Source of the DNA: Promethearchaeota archaeon
Lineage (GTDB): Archaea > Asgardarchaeota > Lokiarchaeia > Sigyniarchaeales > SOKP01
Assembly: GCA_016840085.1 (NCBI GenBank)
Contig: JAEOTA010000036.1
Span: 32,001 to 96,000, forward strand
Length of the DNA: 64,000 nucleotides
Direction of reading: 5' to 3'
Shown here: positions 40,203-49,138 of the stretch, piece after piece
Position numbering within the stretch: position 1 is the stretch's first letter
Layout of the letters: each line of letters starts with the position of its first letter
Notes under the pieces: model-generated
Told to the model about the DNA's origin: nothing
Seen by the model: the letters and a program-made list of their open reading frames with translations, nothing else
Database searches by the model: none
Translations under genes and position numbers: made by a program

Positions 40203-41456
40203 GTGATCCAAGGAATTTTGACATTTCAGTTCAAGATTAATCAAAAAGAGACAGGCGAAATAGAACCAGAATTCGATCCCATACAATTAGTATTTAGGGA
40301 CGAGGAGTATGACGCGGAAAATTTTTCAGAATTACTCATTGAAAACGATATCTTTGCTATTTTCTATCAACATACAACGGGTCTTTTTGGAGTAAAATAT
40401 AGCTATAGTAATTTTTACACGGGCAGATTAAAAGAAACCCCTTATCAAGTTATTTCATATTTTAAACAAGTTGCTGATGGAACTCAATATTTGGTAATCT
40501 CTGTGTTTGAATTAGATGATGAAATTGAAATTTTTGAAGATTTAATTAAGGAGATGGGAAATAGGTTAGATACCATTTTTGATAAATTAACTCGAGCTAA
40601 AAATTCAAAGCAGCTTTCTTTAATAGAAAATATTAATATTAGATTAAAAAATGAAATAAAATTCACAATTTTTCAAGTGGATAGACTATCGAATCTTGAT
40701 AAACTTCAAAAAGTAGGCTTAATCTACAATAGCGATGAACGATTGAAAATTCTAGAGATGTTACGAGAGAGACCTGTATCTAAAAATGAGATGAAAAAAA
40801 TATTAGAAAAGATGTCAGCAACTGTGAATGTAGATATCTTGCTTCAACCATTTTTGGAATTAAATTTAATTCGCCGAGACTGGATAACGGGCGAAAAAGA
40901 TAAAAAAACTGGTGAAATTACACATCAGGGAGAATATTTATTTCTGGTGAAAGATTTAATTTTAGCTCGAGTTCCTAATGAGACTTTATTAAATCATTTC
41001 AAAGAAACAAAGAATGAATTACTTCCATTATATCGCCAAAAAGTCGTTGATTTCTTTTCGGACTATGATCCTTACACTCGAGGAGTTGAGGAAACTAAGA
41101 AATTAGCATCTATTCTTTTAAGTCCAGATGCATATGATTTTTTTGTTTTAATGCGACATAATCATTATCCCTTAGATAAAATTCCAAAAATCTTTTCAGA
41201 ATTTGCTGTAACTGAAATTCTATTAGAGGATTTGAAGAAATTAGACATAATCAGTGAAGTTATTGATGATAATAAAAGGACATGGATATGTCTATTAACG
41301 GACATTAAACCATTAATAGTTTTTCCAGAATACCTGCTCCCTAAAATAAGAGAAGCTTATAAAAATAAAGATATAGATGGAGACATTACTTACGAAATTG
41401 CTAAGAAAGCTCTTAGTTTATTGGAAATTACATACCCAGAGAAGGTTGAATTCTAA
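40203..41456 (+). CDS. Hypothetical protein; possible longin-like N-terminus and winged-helix C-terminus
   Basis: 417-aa ORF. The middle part (ILEMLRERPVSKNEMKKIL...LLQPFLELNLIRRDW) reads as a wHTH. The N-terminal fold call is tentative. Confidence 0.5.
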   Translation: MIQGILTFQFKINQKETGEIEPEFDPIQLVFRDEEYDAENFSELLIENDIFAIFYQHTTGLFGVKYSYSNFYTGRLKETPYQVISYFKQVADGTQYLVISVFELDDEIEIFEDLIKEMGNRLDTIFDKLTRAKNSKQLSLIENINIRLKNEIKFTIFQVDRLSNLDKLQKVGLIYNSDERLKILEMLRERPVSKNEMKKILEKMSATVNVDILLQPFLELNLIRRDWITGEKDKKTGEITHQGEYLFLVKDLILARVPNETLLNHFKETKNELLPLYRQKVVDFFSDYDPYTRGVEETKKLASILLSPDAYDFFVLMRHNHYPLDKIPKIFSEFAVTEILLEDLKKLDIISEVIDDNKRTWICLLTDIKPLIVFPEYLLPKIREAYKNKDIDGDITYEIAKKALSLLEITYPEKVEF

Positions 41457-41483
41457 TTTAATTAAATTAGAGAGGATGATAAA

Positions 41484-43664
41484 ATGTATTTATTTAAAGA
41501 TAAAGATGTAATTGAAGTACCTATTACCTGTAAGTTTTGTTTGAAAGAAATTATGTTTCCCGTATCGGCTGAGGAATATAGAGAAGTTAAAAAATTTCCG
41601 ATAAAGAAAGAAAGTACTCATGGTGACCCTCTTCATAAATTAACTGTTTTTATTAATATGAGTTTAGAGATTGATAATTTTGAGATAGAAGACTTAACAG
41701 AAAAAGAAGAAGAAGTAGCATATTCAGAAGAATTAATGAAACAAGTTCTAAGTGATATAGAACTATCAGATGAGGAGATAGAATTATATTTTCGAACAAC
41801 AGGACGTGAAACAGTATCTCTTGGAGAAATATCCATTTTAACAGGTAAATCAAAGGAAGAATGTAAAGAGATTGTTGATAAATTTATAGAAAAAGGATTA
41901 TTTAAGGAAATAATCGGTGCTACACCTCACTATGCTGCATTACCCCCTTATGCTGCTTTAGTGTCCCAATTAAATAAGTTTTATACCTATATCTCAAATA
42001 TTAAATCTAAAATTCCTACTCAGTTAGATAAATCTTTTGCTCAACTAGAATCAGAAACAAAAGGAATGGAAATGCTTAAAGATTCTACGGAAGCTATGAC
42101 TGAATTGAAGGAAAAGATGCTAACCCAAATTCAAGCCCAAAAGAAGGAATTTGATCAAACATTATCTGCAATAGACCAAATAAGAAATATTTCAAAAGAT
42201 ATTTCAGGTTTAGGAGATGTGACAAAAAGTATTTCAGAGGACCAACTTGGAAGCCTAACCTCACAATTTGATAATCTTAATCGAAAGACTTCACAAGTTA
42301 TTAAAAACCAAGTAAATGAATTGAGAACACAACTTGGCGATGTTAAAAAAATAGTAACTGATAATTTACAGAAATTACGCTTAGGTGTTATCCAACAAGC
42401 TGTAGGAGATATAATTGAAAAGGTCATTAGTTCCCGATTAAAAGATATCACTGATAATCTTAATGTTCAATTAAGTGTAAGTCAGACTGTATTCGCAGAT
42501 GAGTTGAAAAAACTAACTCAAGGCGTTGATTCTGAATTCGCTTCTAAATTAAGGAGTTCAATCGAAGATGCTGTCAAAAATATTGAAGGTATTTCAATCA
42601 AAACAGATGATCAAAAAGAAAAAGCATTTTCTGAAATTATTGAAAATTTTAATAAGGCAGCTAAGTTAGCCGAAGCAAAAATCGAGGGATTATCTGGAGA
42701 TATTTTTCAATCGTTTGGAAATGTTAGAGAAATATTTTCTAAGGGTATACTTGATACTTTAGACAACACTCTAAGTGATATATTAAATAGATTGGAGGTT
42801 AGTGAAAAAACTACAAGAGAATTTTGGGAACAATCGAAAAAGGCAAAGGGAGCTATCACAATGAAAGATATCTGGTTCATTCGCTCTCCAGAAGCCGCTA
42901 AAGCACACATTAATGATGAAATCTCGAAAGCGAAGATGAGAGTTTTAATTGTAGCACCTGATCTTTTAGATATTAACATTGATGTCATTAAAGCACGACC
43001 CTCAAGAATAAACTTTAGAATTGCTACTCACATTAATCCCGCCATATCTGCTCATGAAGCAGTAATGCAAGAATTAGATAAAATGGATAATGTAGATTAT
43101 AGAAATAGAACGTTACAAAACATATGGGGGATTAATAGAGATTATGAAGAAGTAATCTTATGTGTTCTCTCAAAAACTGAATTTAGAGGAGAGGAAGTTA
43201 CAGAAATCGCGGGAATTGGAAGTATCATTGAGGAGCACATTAAAATCTTCGTGCCCATACTGGAGGATGCATGGGTTGGAGCTCGAAAGGATATTATGCG
43301 GACAATTAAGACCTCTCTTTCGAGAGAACCAGAAAAACCAACCACAATTCCACCATCAGTCGAGAAACCTAAAAAAGAAGCTCCTTTAATTTCAGAAGCC
43401 CCTGAAGTGAAAGCTCCATCTCTCTTATCTCAACAGCTTGATGAAATAATAAACAATATTGAAAGATCAACAGGATTAGAGATTTCTCAAGCTTTAGAAA
43501 AGTTTCAAAGCGAATTTGTTAAACAGAAAGGGTATAGTAGCGTGTTAAAAGGTATTCATATAAGAACTGATGAACTTAAAGATAATCCTGAATTGTTAAC
43601 TCGTCAAGAAAAAGACGAATTAAAAACAACTATGAACCTCTGGCGTCGTCAACTCGATCTTTAA
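41484..43664 (+). CDS. TrmB-like protein: CxxC/His Zn-binding domain, wHTH, long helical insert, PLD-like TrmB C-terminal domain
   Basis: CKFC...HGDPLH. wHTH LSDEEIELY...SLGEISILTG...KFIEKGLF...YAALPP. About 300 aa of amphipathic helical sequence. HINDEISKAKMRVLIVAP...DYEEVIL. Confidence 0.65.
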   Translation: MYLFKDKDVIEVPITCKFCLKEIMFPVSAEEYREVKKFPIKKESTHGDPLHKLTVFINMSLEIDNFEIEDLTEKEEEVAYSEELMKQVLSDIELSDEEIELYFRTTGRETVSLGEISILTGKSKEECKEIVDKFIEKGLFKEIIGATPHYAALPPYAALVSQLNKFYTYISNIKSKIPTQLDKSFAQLESETKGMEMLKDSTEAMTELKEKMLTQIQAQKKEFDQTLSAIDQIRNISKDISGLGDVTKSISEDQLGSLTSQFDNLNRKTSQVIKNQVNELRTQLGDVKKIVTDNLQKLRLGVIQQAVGDIIEKVISSRLKDITDNLNVQLSVSQTVFADELKKLTQGVDSEFASKLRSSIEDAVKNIEGISIKTDDQKEKAFSEIIENFNKAAKLAEAKIEGLSGDIFQSFGNVREIFSKGILDTLDNTLSDILNRLEVSEKTTREFWEQSKKAKGAITMKDIWFIRSPEAAKAHINDEISKAKMRVLIVAPDLLDINIDVIKARPSRINFRIATHINPAISAHEAVMQELDKMDNVDYRNRTLQNIWGINRDYEEVILCVLSKTEFRGEEVTEIAGIGSIIEEHIKIFVPILEDAWVGARKDIMRTIKTSLSREPEKPTTIPPSVEKPKKEAPLISEAPEVKAPSLLSQQLDEIINNIERSTGLEISQALEKFQSEFVKQKGYSSVLKGIHIRTDELKDNPELLTRQEKDELKTTMNLWRRQLDL

Positions 43665-43737
43665 TATTTTTTTTTAAAAAATTCTTTTTAATTTTATTAA
43701 TAAAATAATTATTATTGATGCTTTAATTACTTCTTTT

Positions 43738-44778
43738 ATGGAACAAGATACAATAACTATTAAATCGGGTAAGGTCAATGACTATCTCCATCATATTGAT
43801 GTAAAAGCATATGGAACTCCAAGAATGTTATCCGTCTTTCTCGGAGAATTTGATGATAATAAATCTATTTTAATTGATTGTGGATCTTCTTTAGATATAA
43901 AAACAGCATTGAAATATTTTAAAAAAAACGAAATCCATTTATCATCTTTTAAATATCTAATAACAACTCATCATCATTTCGACCATAATGGTGGATTGTG
44001 GAAACTTTATGAAGAAGTAAAAAAACATAATCCAAATGTAAAAATTTTAACAAATCAAATCACGAAGGAGTTATTAAACGATTATGAACATCACTTAAAA
44101 AGAGGTTCAAGGACATATGGAAATCTTGTAGGTGTTATGAAACCTATTGAAGAAAAAGCATTTAAAATTATCACACCTAGTTCTAATTTTAATTCAGATC
44201 CTAAAAAGCTTGATTTTATTGATAACTTTACAATTAATGGATCTGAAGTGAATTTGGTAATATTTAATATTCCAGGTCATACTCCAGATCATCAATGTCC
44301 TGCATTAATTAAAGATGGGAAGGTTGATTTTATCCAATATGGTGAATCTGCTGGTACAATTTATCATTCTTCAGAACTTATCACTATGCCTACATCAATG
44401 CCAATCTATTATAATCATATTAAATATATGGAATCATTAGCAAACCTCAAAAAAGTTGTTCCTTTGAAAGCTGGGTTTGGACACTTTGGAGTAATCAATG
44501 GTAAAACAAATGTACAAAAATTATTAGTGGAACACGAATCTTTTATGAAAATATTTAGAGAAAAAATAATTACATATTATAATGAAAAACCAGAAACCAG
44601 ATATGTATTAAATACTATATTTCCATTGTTAACTGCTAGAACTGATTTATCGATGGATTATAATCCTGTCTTTAGTGGGATTGCTTTAGCTATTGTTTAT
44701 GGAATGATGGTTTCATTAGGGTATAGAAAAATACCACCTAAAGAATTGATTTATTATAATAAATTCTATTCTTTATGA
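43738..44778 (+). CDS. Metallo-beta-lactamase fold hydrolase
   Basis: LIDCG, THHHFDHNGG, PGHTPDH, FGHFG. Confidence 0.9.
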   Translation: MEQDTITIKSGKVNDYLHHIDVKAYGTPRMLSVFLGEFDDNKSILIDCGSSLDIKTALKYFKKNEIHLSSFKYLITTHHHFDHNGGLWKLYEEVKKHNPNVKILTNQITKELLNDYEHHLKRGSRTYGNLVGVMKPIEEKAFKIITPSSNFNSDPKKLDFIDNFTINGSEVNLVIFNIPGHTPDHQCPALIKDGKVDFIQYGESAGTIYHSSELITMPTSMPIYYNHIKYMESLANLKKVVPLKAGFGHFGVINGKTNVQKLLVEHESFMKIFREKIITYYNEKPETRYVLNTIFPLLTARTDLSMDYNPVFSGIALAIVYGMMVSLGYRKIPPKELIYYNKFYSL

Positions 44779-44868
44779 AATTCTTTAGTTTGTGATTTTT
44801 TCGTATAAATTTCTTGAATTTATTTTTTATCCAAAACTTCTAATTTATTATTAACCTAAAAACTCTTA

Positions 44869-46074
44869 ATGGAAGAAAATATCGAACAATTCGATTTAAC
44901 TATCATTGGAGCAAGTTTAGCTGGAAATTATTTGTGTTATTTATTATCAAAGACCAACTTAAAAATTGTAGTGATTGAGGAACATAAGGAAGTAGGGCTT
45001 CCTTTTCAATGTGCAGGCATAATTTCTCAAAAACTCAGTAAATTAATCAATTTACCTAATAAGCTCATTTTAAATCGTGTGAATATAGCTAAGATCATTT
45101 CTCCCTCAGGATCATTTATTAAATTATCAGGAGCTGATCAGCCTTATATAATTGATAGAATTGCGTTAGATCGATTTTATTATGATAAAGTAAAAAATAA
45201 AAAGAATATCTCTTACTACTTAGGAGAAAAATTCAAATCCTTTAAATATGTTAGACATAACCATATAAAATTTCTATTAATTGAAACTTCTAAGAGAAAA
45301 TTAAAATCAAAGTTTTTAGTTGGATGTGATGGTCCACTTTCGTTAGTTGCAAAATCTTTTGGAATAAAAAATAAAACTATACCGGCAATTCAAATTCGTA
45401 TTAATGCAAACTTTAACGAAGATGAAGCAGTAATGTATTTTGATCCACGATGGAAAGAATTATTTGGTTGGATAGTTCCAGAGGGAAATAAGATCTACCG
45501 AATTGGTATGGCATGCAGTAAAAATTTAAAAAAAAATTTTCGTATTTTTTTGAAAAAACTCAGAATTAATCTTGCTCATAGAATTGATCAACAAGGTGGG
45601 CTCATTCCCTACAGCATAATGAATAAGCTTGCATTTGATAATGTATTGTTATTAGGAGATTCTGCGTGTCAAGTGAAAGCTACAACAGGGGGTGGAATAA
45701 TAATGCTCTTAACAGCAGCGAAATATGCTGCAATTTGTATTCAAACCTGTTTTAAAATCAAAAAATTTACAAAATCTTTTATTAAGAAATATTATGAAAT
45801 ACCATGTAAATCGACCATTGGAAAAGAATTAAAAATTCACTATTTAATTCGGGTCGTTTTAAAAGATTTTAATGATAAAGACTTTGCTAGATTATTTCAA
45901 ATAGTCAAAACTAGTAAAATCGAGAATTTAGTTTCTTTTTATGGGGATATGGATTTCCCGAAATCATTTATTTTCAAATTAATAAAGAACCCGTTAGTTA
46001 TTCCCTTTCTAATAAAACATACTTTAAAACATCCTAATATTTTTATCAAAATCTTAAAAATCTTAAATAAGTAA
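44869..46074 (+). CDS. Geranylgeranyl reductase family flavoprotein
   Basis: IIGASLAG, PFQCAG, VGCDG, FGWIVP, LGDSACQVKATTGGGI. Confidence 0.85.
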   Translation: MEENIEQFDLTIIGASLAGNYLCYLLSKTNLKIVVIEEHKEVGLPFQCAGIISQKLSKLINLPNKLILNRVNIAKIISPSGSFIKLSGADQPYIIDRIALDRFYYDKVKNKKNISYYLGEKFKSFKYVRHNHIKFLLIETSKRKLKSKFLVGCDGPLSLVAKSFGIKNKTIPAIQIRINANFNEDEAVMYFDPRWKELFGWIVPEGNKIYRIGMACSKNLKKNFRIFLKKLRINLAHRIDQQGGLIPYSIMNKLAFDNVLLLGDSACQVKATTGGGIIMLLTAAKYAAICIQTCFKIKKFTKSFIKKYYEIPCKSTIGKELKIHYLIRVVLKDFNDKDFARLFQIVKTSKIENLVSFYGDMDFPKSFIFKLIKNPLVIPFLIKHTLKHPNIFIKILKILNK

Positions 46075-46115
46075 AAATTTATTGTATTAATACTTAGTTA
46101 AAAGGTGTTAAATCT

Positions 46116-47312
46116 CTGAATAGTAAAGAAAGAATTCTTACTACTATAAATTTAGAAGAACCAGATAAAGTTCCTTCCTTTGAATTGTCTATTGATAATT
46201 TAAGTATTTTTAATCACTTTAATCTAGTTTATCCTTATCAAGGTTTAATTAAAACTTTTAATGATACATTTGAATTATGTAATAGAGATATTGAAGCTAC
46301 AACTAATTTAATTATTAAGGCAACTGAAACAAGATCATACTTGAAAAACACTTTGAAACGATTTTTCGGCATATCTGTAAAAGCAGGTCTCGATTTAGCA
46401 CAACTCCCAATGTCTGGATATATTTTATTTCCAAAAATTTGTGGAAAAAATTATGTTACAGATGAATATGGTAGAACATTCGATTTGAGGCTAAATCCTT
46501 CAGACAATATGGAAATTGTTTATTATAGAGAAGGTTATTTTAGAAATTACGAGGAATATGAAGCATTTTCACCTTTAGATCCTGATGATCAAAGAAGGGA
46601 AAAAATTTTTAAAATAATAAAGAAAATTGAGGAAGATTATCTTGGAAAAATCTACATAATTCCTGCTATATGGGGTATTTTTGAATGCTCTTGGCAATCT
46701 TTTGGATTTGTTAATTTCAGCAAGTTATTAACAAGATCCAAGGCAATTAGAAAAGTTATTAATGATAGAGGGAAATTTGCTTTAGAACTGGCAAAAAGAT
46801 TTATTGATTGGGGTGAAACAGGCTCAATTATGATCTATGATGATTTTGGATATAAATCAGGCTTACTAGCACCTCCAAAGATTTATCAAGAATATGTATT
46901 TCCATGGTTCAAAAGAATATGTGATTATTCTCATAAAAGAGGTGTTAAAGTTATATTACATAGCTGTGGTGATATTTATCAACTTTTTGAAGATATAATT
47001 CATGTGGGTATTGATGCTATCCACCCTTTAGAGCCAACAACAGCTAACGTTGAATATAATATTTTTAAATTAAATCAAAAATATAAAGATAAAATCTGCT
47101 TTATTGGAAATATATCACCTCAAGACCTTGCAACTAAAGATCCTAAATTCATAAATAATTATACAAAAAAACTTATTAAGGAATTAGCGCCAGGTGGTGG
47201 TTTTATATTAAGCTCGGGTCATAGCATTAATCCTGCAGTTAAATTAGAAAATTTCCTTGCAATTCAAGACACATTAAAGAAATATGGAAGGTATCCTATT
47301 TCAATAAAATGA
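46116..47312 (+). CDS. UroD/MtaA (uroporphyrinogen decarboxylase / methylcobamide:CoM methyltransferase) family; probable CTG start
   Basis: YDDFG, LHSCG, IGNI, GGFILSSGHS. The frame extends upstream of 46185 as (L)NSKERILTTINLEEPDKVP, matching the paralog N-terminus. Confidence 0.85.
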   Translation: MNSKERILTTINLEEPDKVPSFELSIDNLSIFNHFNLVYPYQGLIKTFNDTFELCNRDIEATTNLIIKATETRSYLKNTLKRFFGISVKAGLDLAQLPMSGYILFPKICGKNYVTDEYGRTFDLRLNPSDNMEIVYYREGYFRNYEEYEAFSPLDPDDQRREKIFKIIKKIEEDYLGKIYIIPAIWGIFECSWQSFGFVNFSKLLTRSKAIRKVINDRGKFALELAKRFIDWGETGSIMIYDDFGYKSGLLAPPKIYQEYVFPWFKRICDYSHKRGVKVILHSCGDIYQLFEDIIHVGIDAIHPLEPTTANVEYNIFKLNQKYKDKICFIGNISPQDLATKDPKFINNYTKKLIKELAPGGGFILSSGHSINPAVKLENFLAIQDTLKKYGRYPISIK

Positions 47313-47333
47313 AAAATCTCTATTTTATTTCTC

Positions 47334-47417
47334 TTATGGAGGAATCATTGAGAAGAACGCTATTTGGTTGAATAAGAAATACTAGATCAGCATAAAATCA
47401 ATTAAAATAATTCCAAA
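47334..47417 (-). pseudogene. 3' remnant of a paralog of the 48691-49047 membrane protein gene
   Basis: Translates as FGIILIDFMLI*YFLFNQIAFFSMIPP* versus the intact ...VFMLIWYFIFNQIAFFSMIPP*. TGG has become TAG at 47382-47384. Confidence 0.85.
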
Positions 47418-47493
47418 ATAAAAATTAACTATTATTAATTATAAAAAATCATAATTGAATTAGAATTAAAAAACTGGATAATGTGAATTAAAA

Positions 47494-48669
47494 TTGGAAT
47501 GTAGAGAAAGAGTGCTTGCAGCTTTAAACTTAGAAGAGCCAGACAGAGTTCCTTGCCATACAATACTAATTGATGCTAATAATGTTGATGAAATACTAGG
47601 AAAACCTCAAATTACTGATTTTGATACTCTTGCGCAAGTAAAACGAGATAACCCTGATAATTGGGCGGAAGAAATAAGCAAATTAGTTGAAAGTGTTGAG
47701 ACATCCATATTTTCACGATGTGTTGAGGCAGCGGCTAACATAGGATTGGATTGTATGCAAGTAGGAATAGTGCCTGTAGAGTTTATTGATGATCCAAATG
47801 ATAATAGAGATCTAATGAAAGATATCTTTGGTAGAGTTTGGGAAGCTCGGAATAATGAAGGTAATTTTAATCCTTATTATTTGTATGGAACATTAAATTC
47901 AAATGAAAAATGGAAAGAAATAAAAGAAAATATAGAAGGTCCTATGACAGAAAAATATACTAAGATGGTAAAGAAATTCTATCGTCGTATAAATAAAAAG
48001 CATAAAGATAAAATTTTTGTAGCCGTAACAAATGATTTAGCAGGTGTTTTCGAAAGTGCCTCTCAAGGTATGGGGATGGTATATTATTCTAAGATGTTGC
48101 ATAAAAATCCAAGTTTTATTAAAAAAGTCCATGAAGTAATTGCAGAATTCACTGCTGCATGTTATAGAAGTTATATGAATGCGGGAGCGGAATTATTTAT
48201 AGAATCAGGAGATTTAGCATATCATACTGGTCCCATGATGAGTCCTAAAAGATTTTATGAATTATTACTACCTGCTTATAAAATCATCACAAATACAGTG
48301 CATGAAAGAGGGTGTAATATTGTGTTACATACTGATGGGCAGATTACACCATTATTAGATTTTATTGTGGATTGTGGATTTGATGGTCTTCAATCTCTTG
48401 AACCTACTGCTGGAGTTGATTTAGCTCTGGTTAAGAAGAAAGTAGGTGATAAACTTTGTCTTATGGGAAATATTGACGTTGCTCATGTTTTAACATATGG
48501 AACTAAAGAGGAAGTCTATGATGCTGTAAAATTTGCTATAAGAACAGCTGGAATAGGAGGTGGTTTCATAGTAAGTGCGGCTAATATGCATCCAGCTATA
48601 AAGGTTCAAAATTTAAGATGGATGGTGGAAGCAACTCGAAAATTTGGGAATTATCCCTTAATTCTTTAA
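47494..48669 (+). CDS. UroD/MtaA family protein (second copy)
   Basis: RERVLAALNLEEPDRVP, SGDLA, LHTDG, LMGNID, GGFIVSAANMH. Confidence 0.9.
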   Translation: MECRERVLAALNLEEPDRVPCHTILIDANNVDEILGKPQITDFDTLAQVKRDNPDNWAEEISKLVESVETSIFSRCVEAAANIGLDCMQVGIVPVEFIDDPNDNRDLMKDIFGRVWEARNNEGNFNPYYLYGTLNSNEKWKEIKENIEGPMTEKYTKMVKKFYRRINKKHKDKIFVAVTNDLAGVFESASQGMGMVYYSKMLHKNPSFIKKVHEVIAEFTAACYRSYMNAGAELFIESGDLAYHTGPMMSPKRFYELLLPAYKIITNTVHERGCNIVLHTDGQITPLLDFIVDCGFDGLQSLEPTAGVDLALVKKKVGDKLCLMGNIDVAHVLTYGTKEEVYDAVKFAIRTAGIGGGFIVSAANMHPAIKVQNLRWMVEATRKFGNYPLIL

Positions 48670-48690
48670 TGATATGTATACTTTTTTTTC

Positions 48691-49047
48691 TTAAGGAGGA
48701 ATCATAGAAAAGAATGCTATTTGATTGAAAATAAAATACCAAATTAGCATAAATACAACCATAATTACTGTTGATACTAAACCAAAACCCTTTACTCCTT
48801 TTGGAACTCCTAAATCTTCACTCTTTCTTTGAATAAAAGCACGGATCATCGCAGTAATATATATTAAAACAATTATAATAGCAATAATCCATAAAAACAG
48901 CATAAATAATGATAATGTGTAAACAGGAAAACTGTTTAGCCAAACCCAGAACCTAACAATTAAGTATGTAGGGATTGAACCATAAATAACTGCAGTGAGA
49001 AGAAAAACAATACCCCAAGTAATACCTTTTAAAGATTGAGTAGTCAT
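48691..49047 (-). CDS. Small 3-TM membrane protein of unknown function
   Basis: Three hydrophobic segments. Coding status is supported by mostly synonymous differences from the remnant at 47334. Confidence 0.8.
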   Translation of the reverse strand: MTTQSLKGITWGIVFLLTAVIYGSIPTYLIVRFWVWLNSFPVYTLSLFMLFLWIIAIIIVLIYITAMIRAFIQRKSEDLGVPKGVKGFGLVSTVIMVVFMLIWYFIFNQIAFFSMIPP

Positions 49048-49138
49048 TTATTTATTATATTTATGATAATTTAAAAGATTTGTTGGTTGTGTATTTTAAA
49101 ATTATTTAAGATTTCATGAATGTTAATTGACTTTAAAA

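Noticed and set aside
47382-47384. In-frame TAG as pyrrolysine or readthrough codon
   Set aside because: It replaces a Trp codon by a single transition in a fragment with no 5' half; a nonsense mutation is the simpler explanation.
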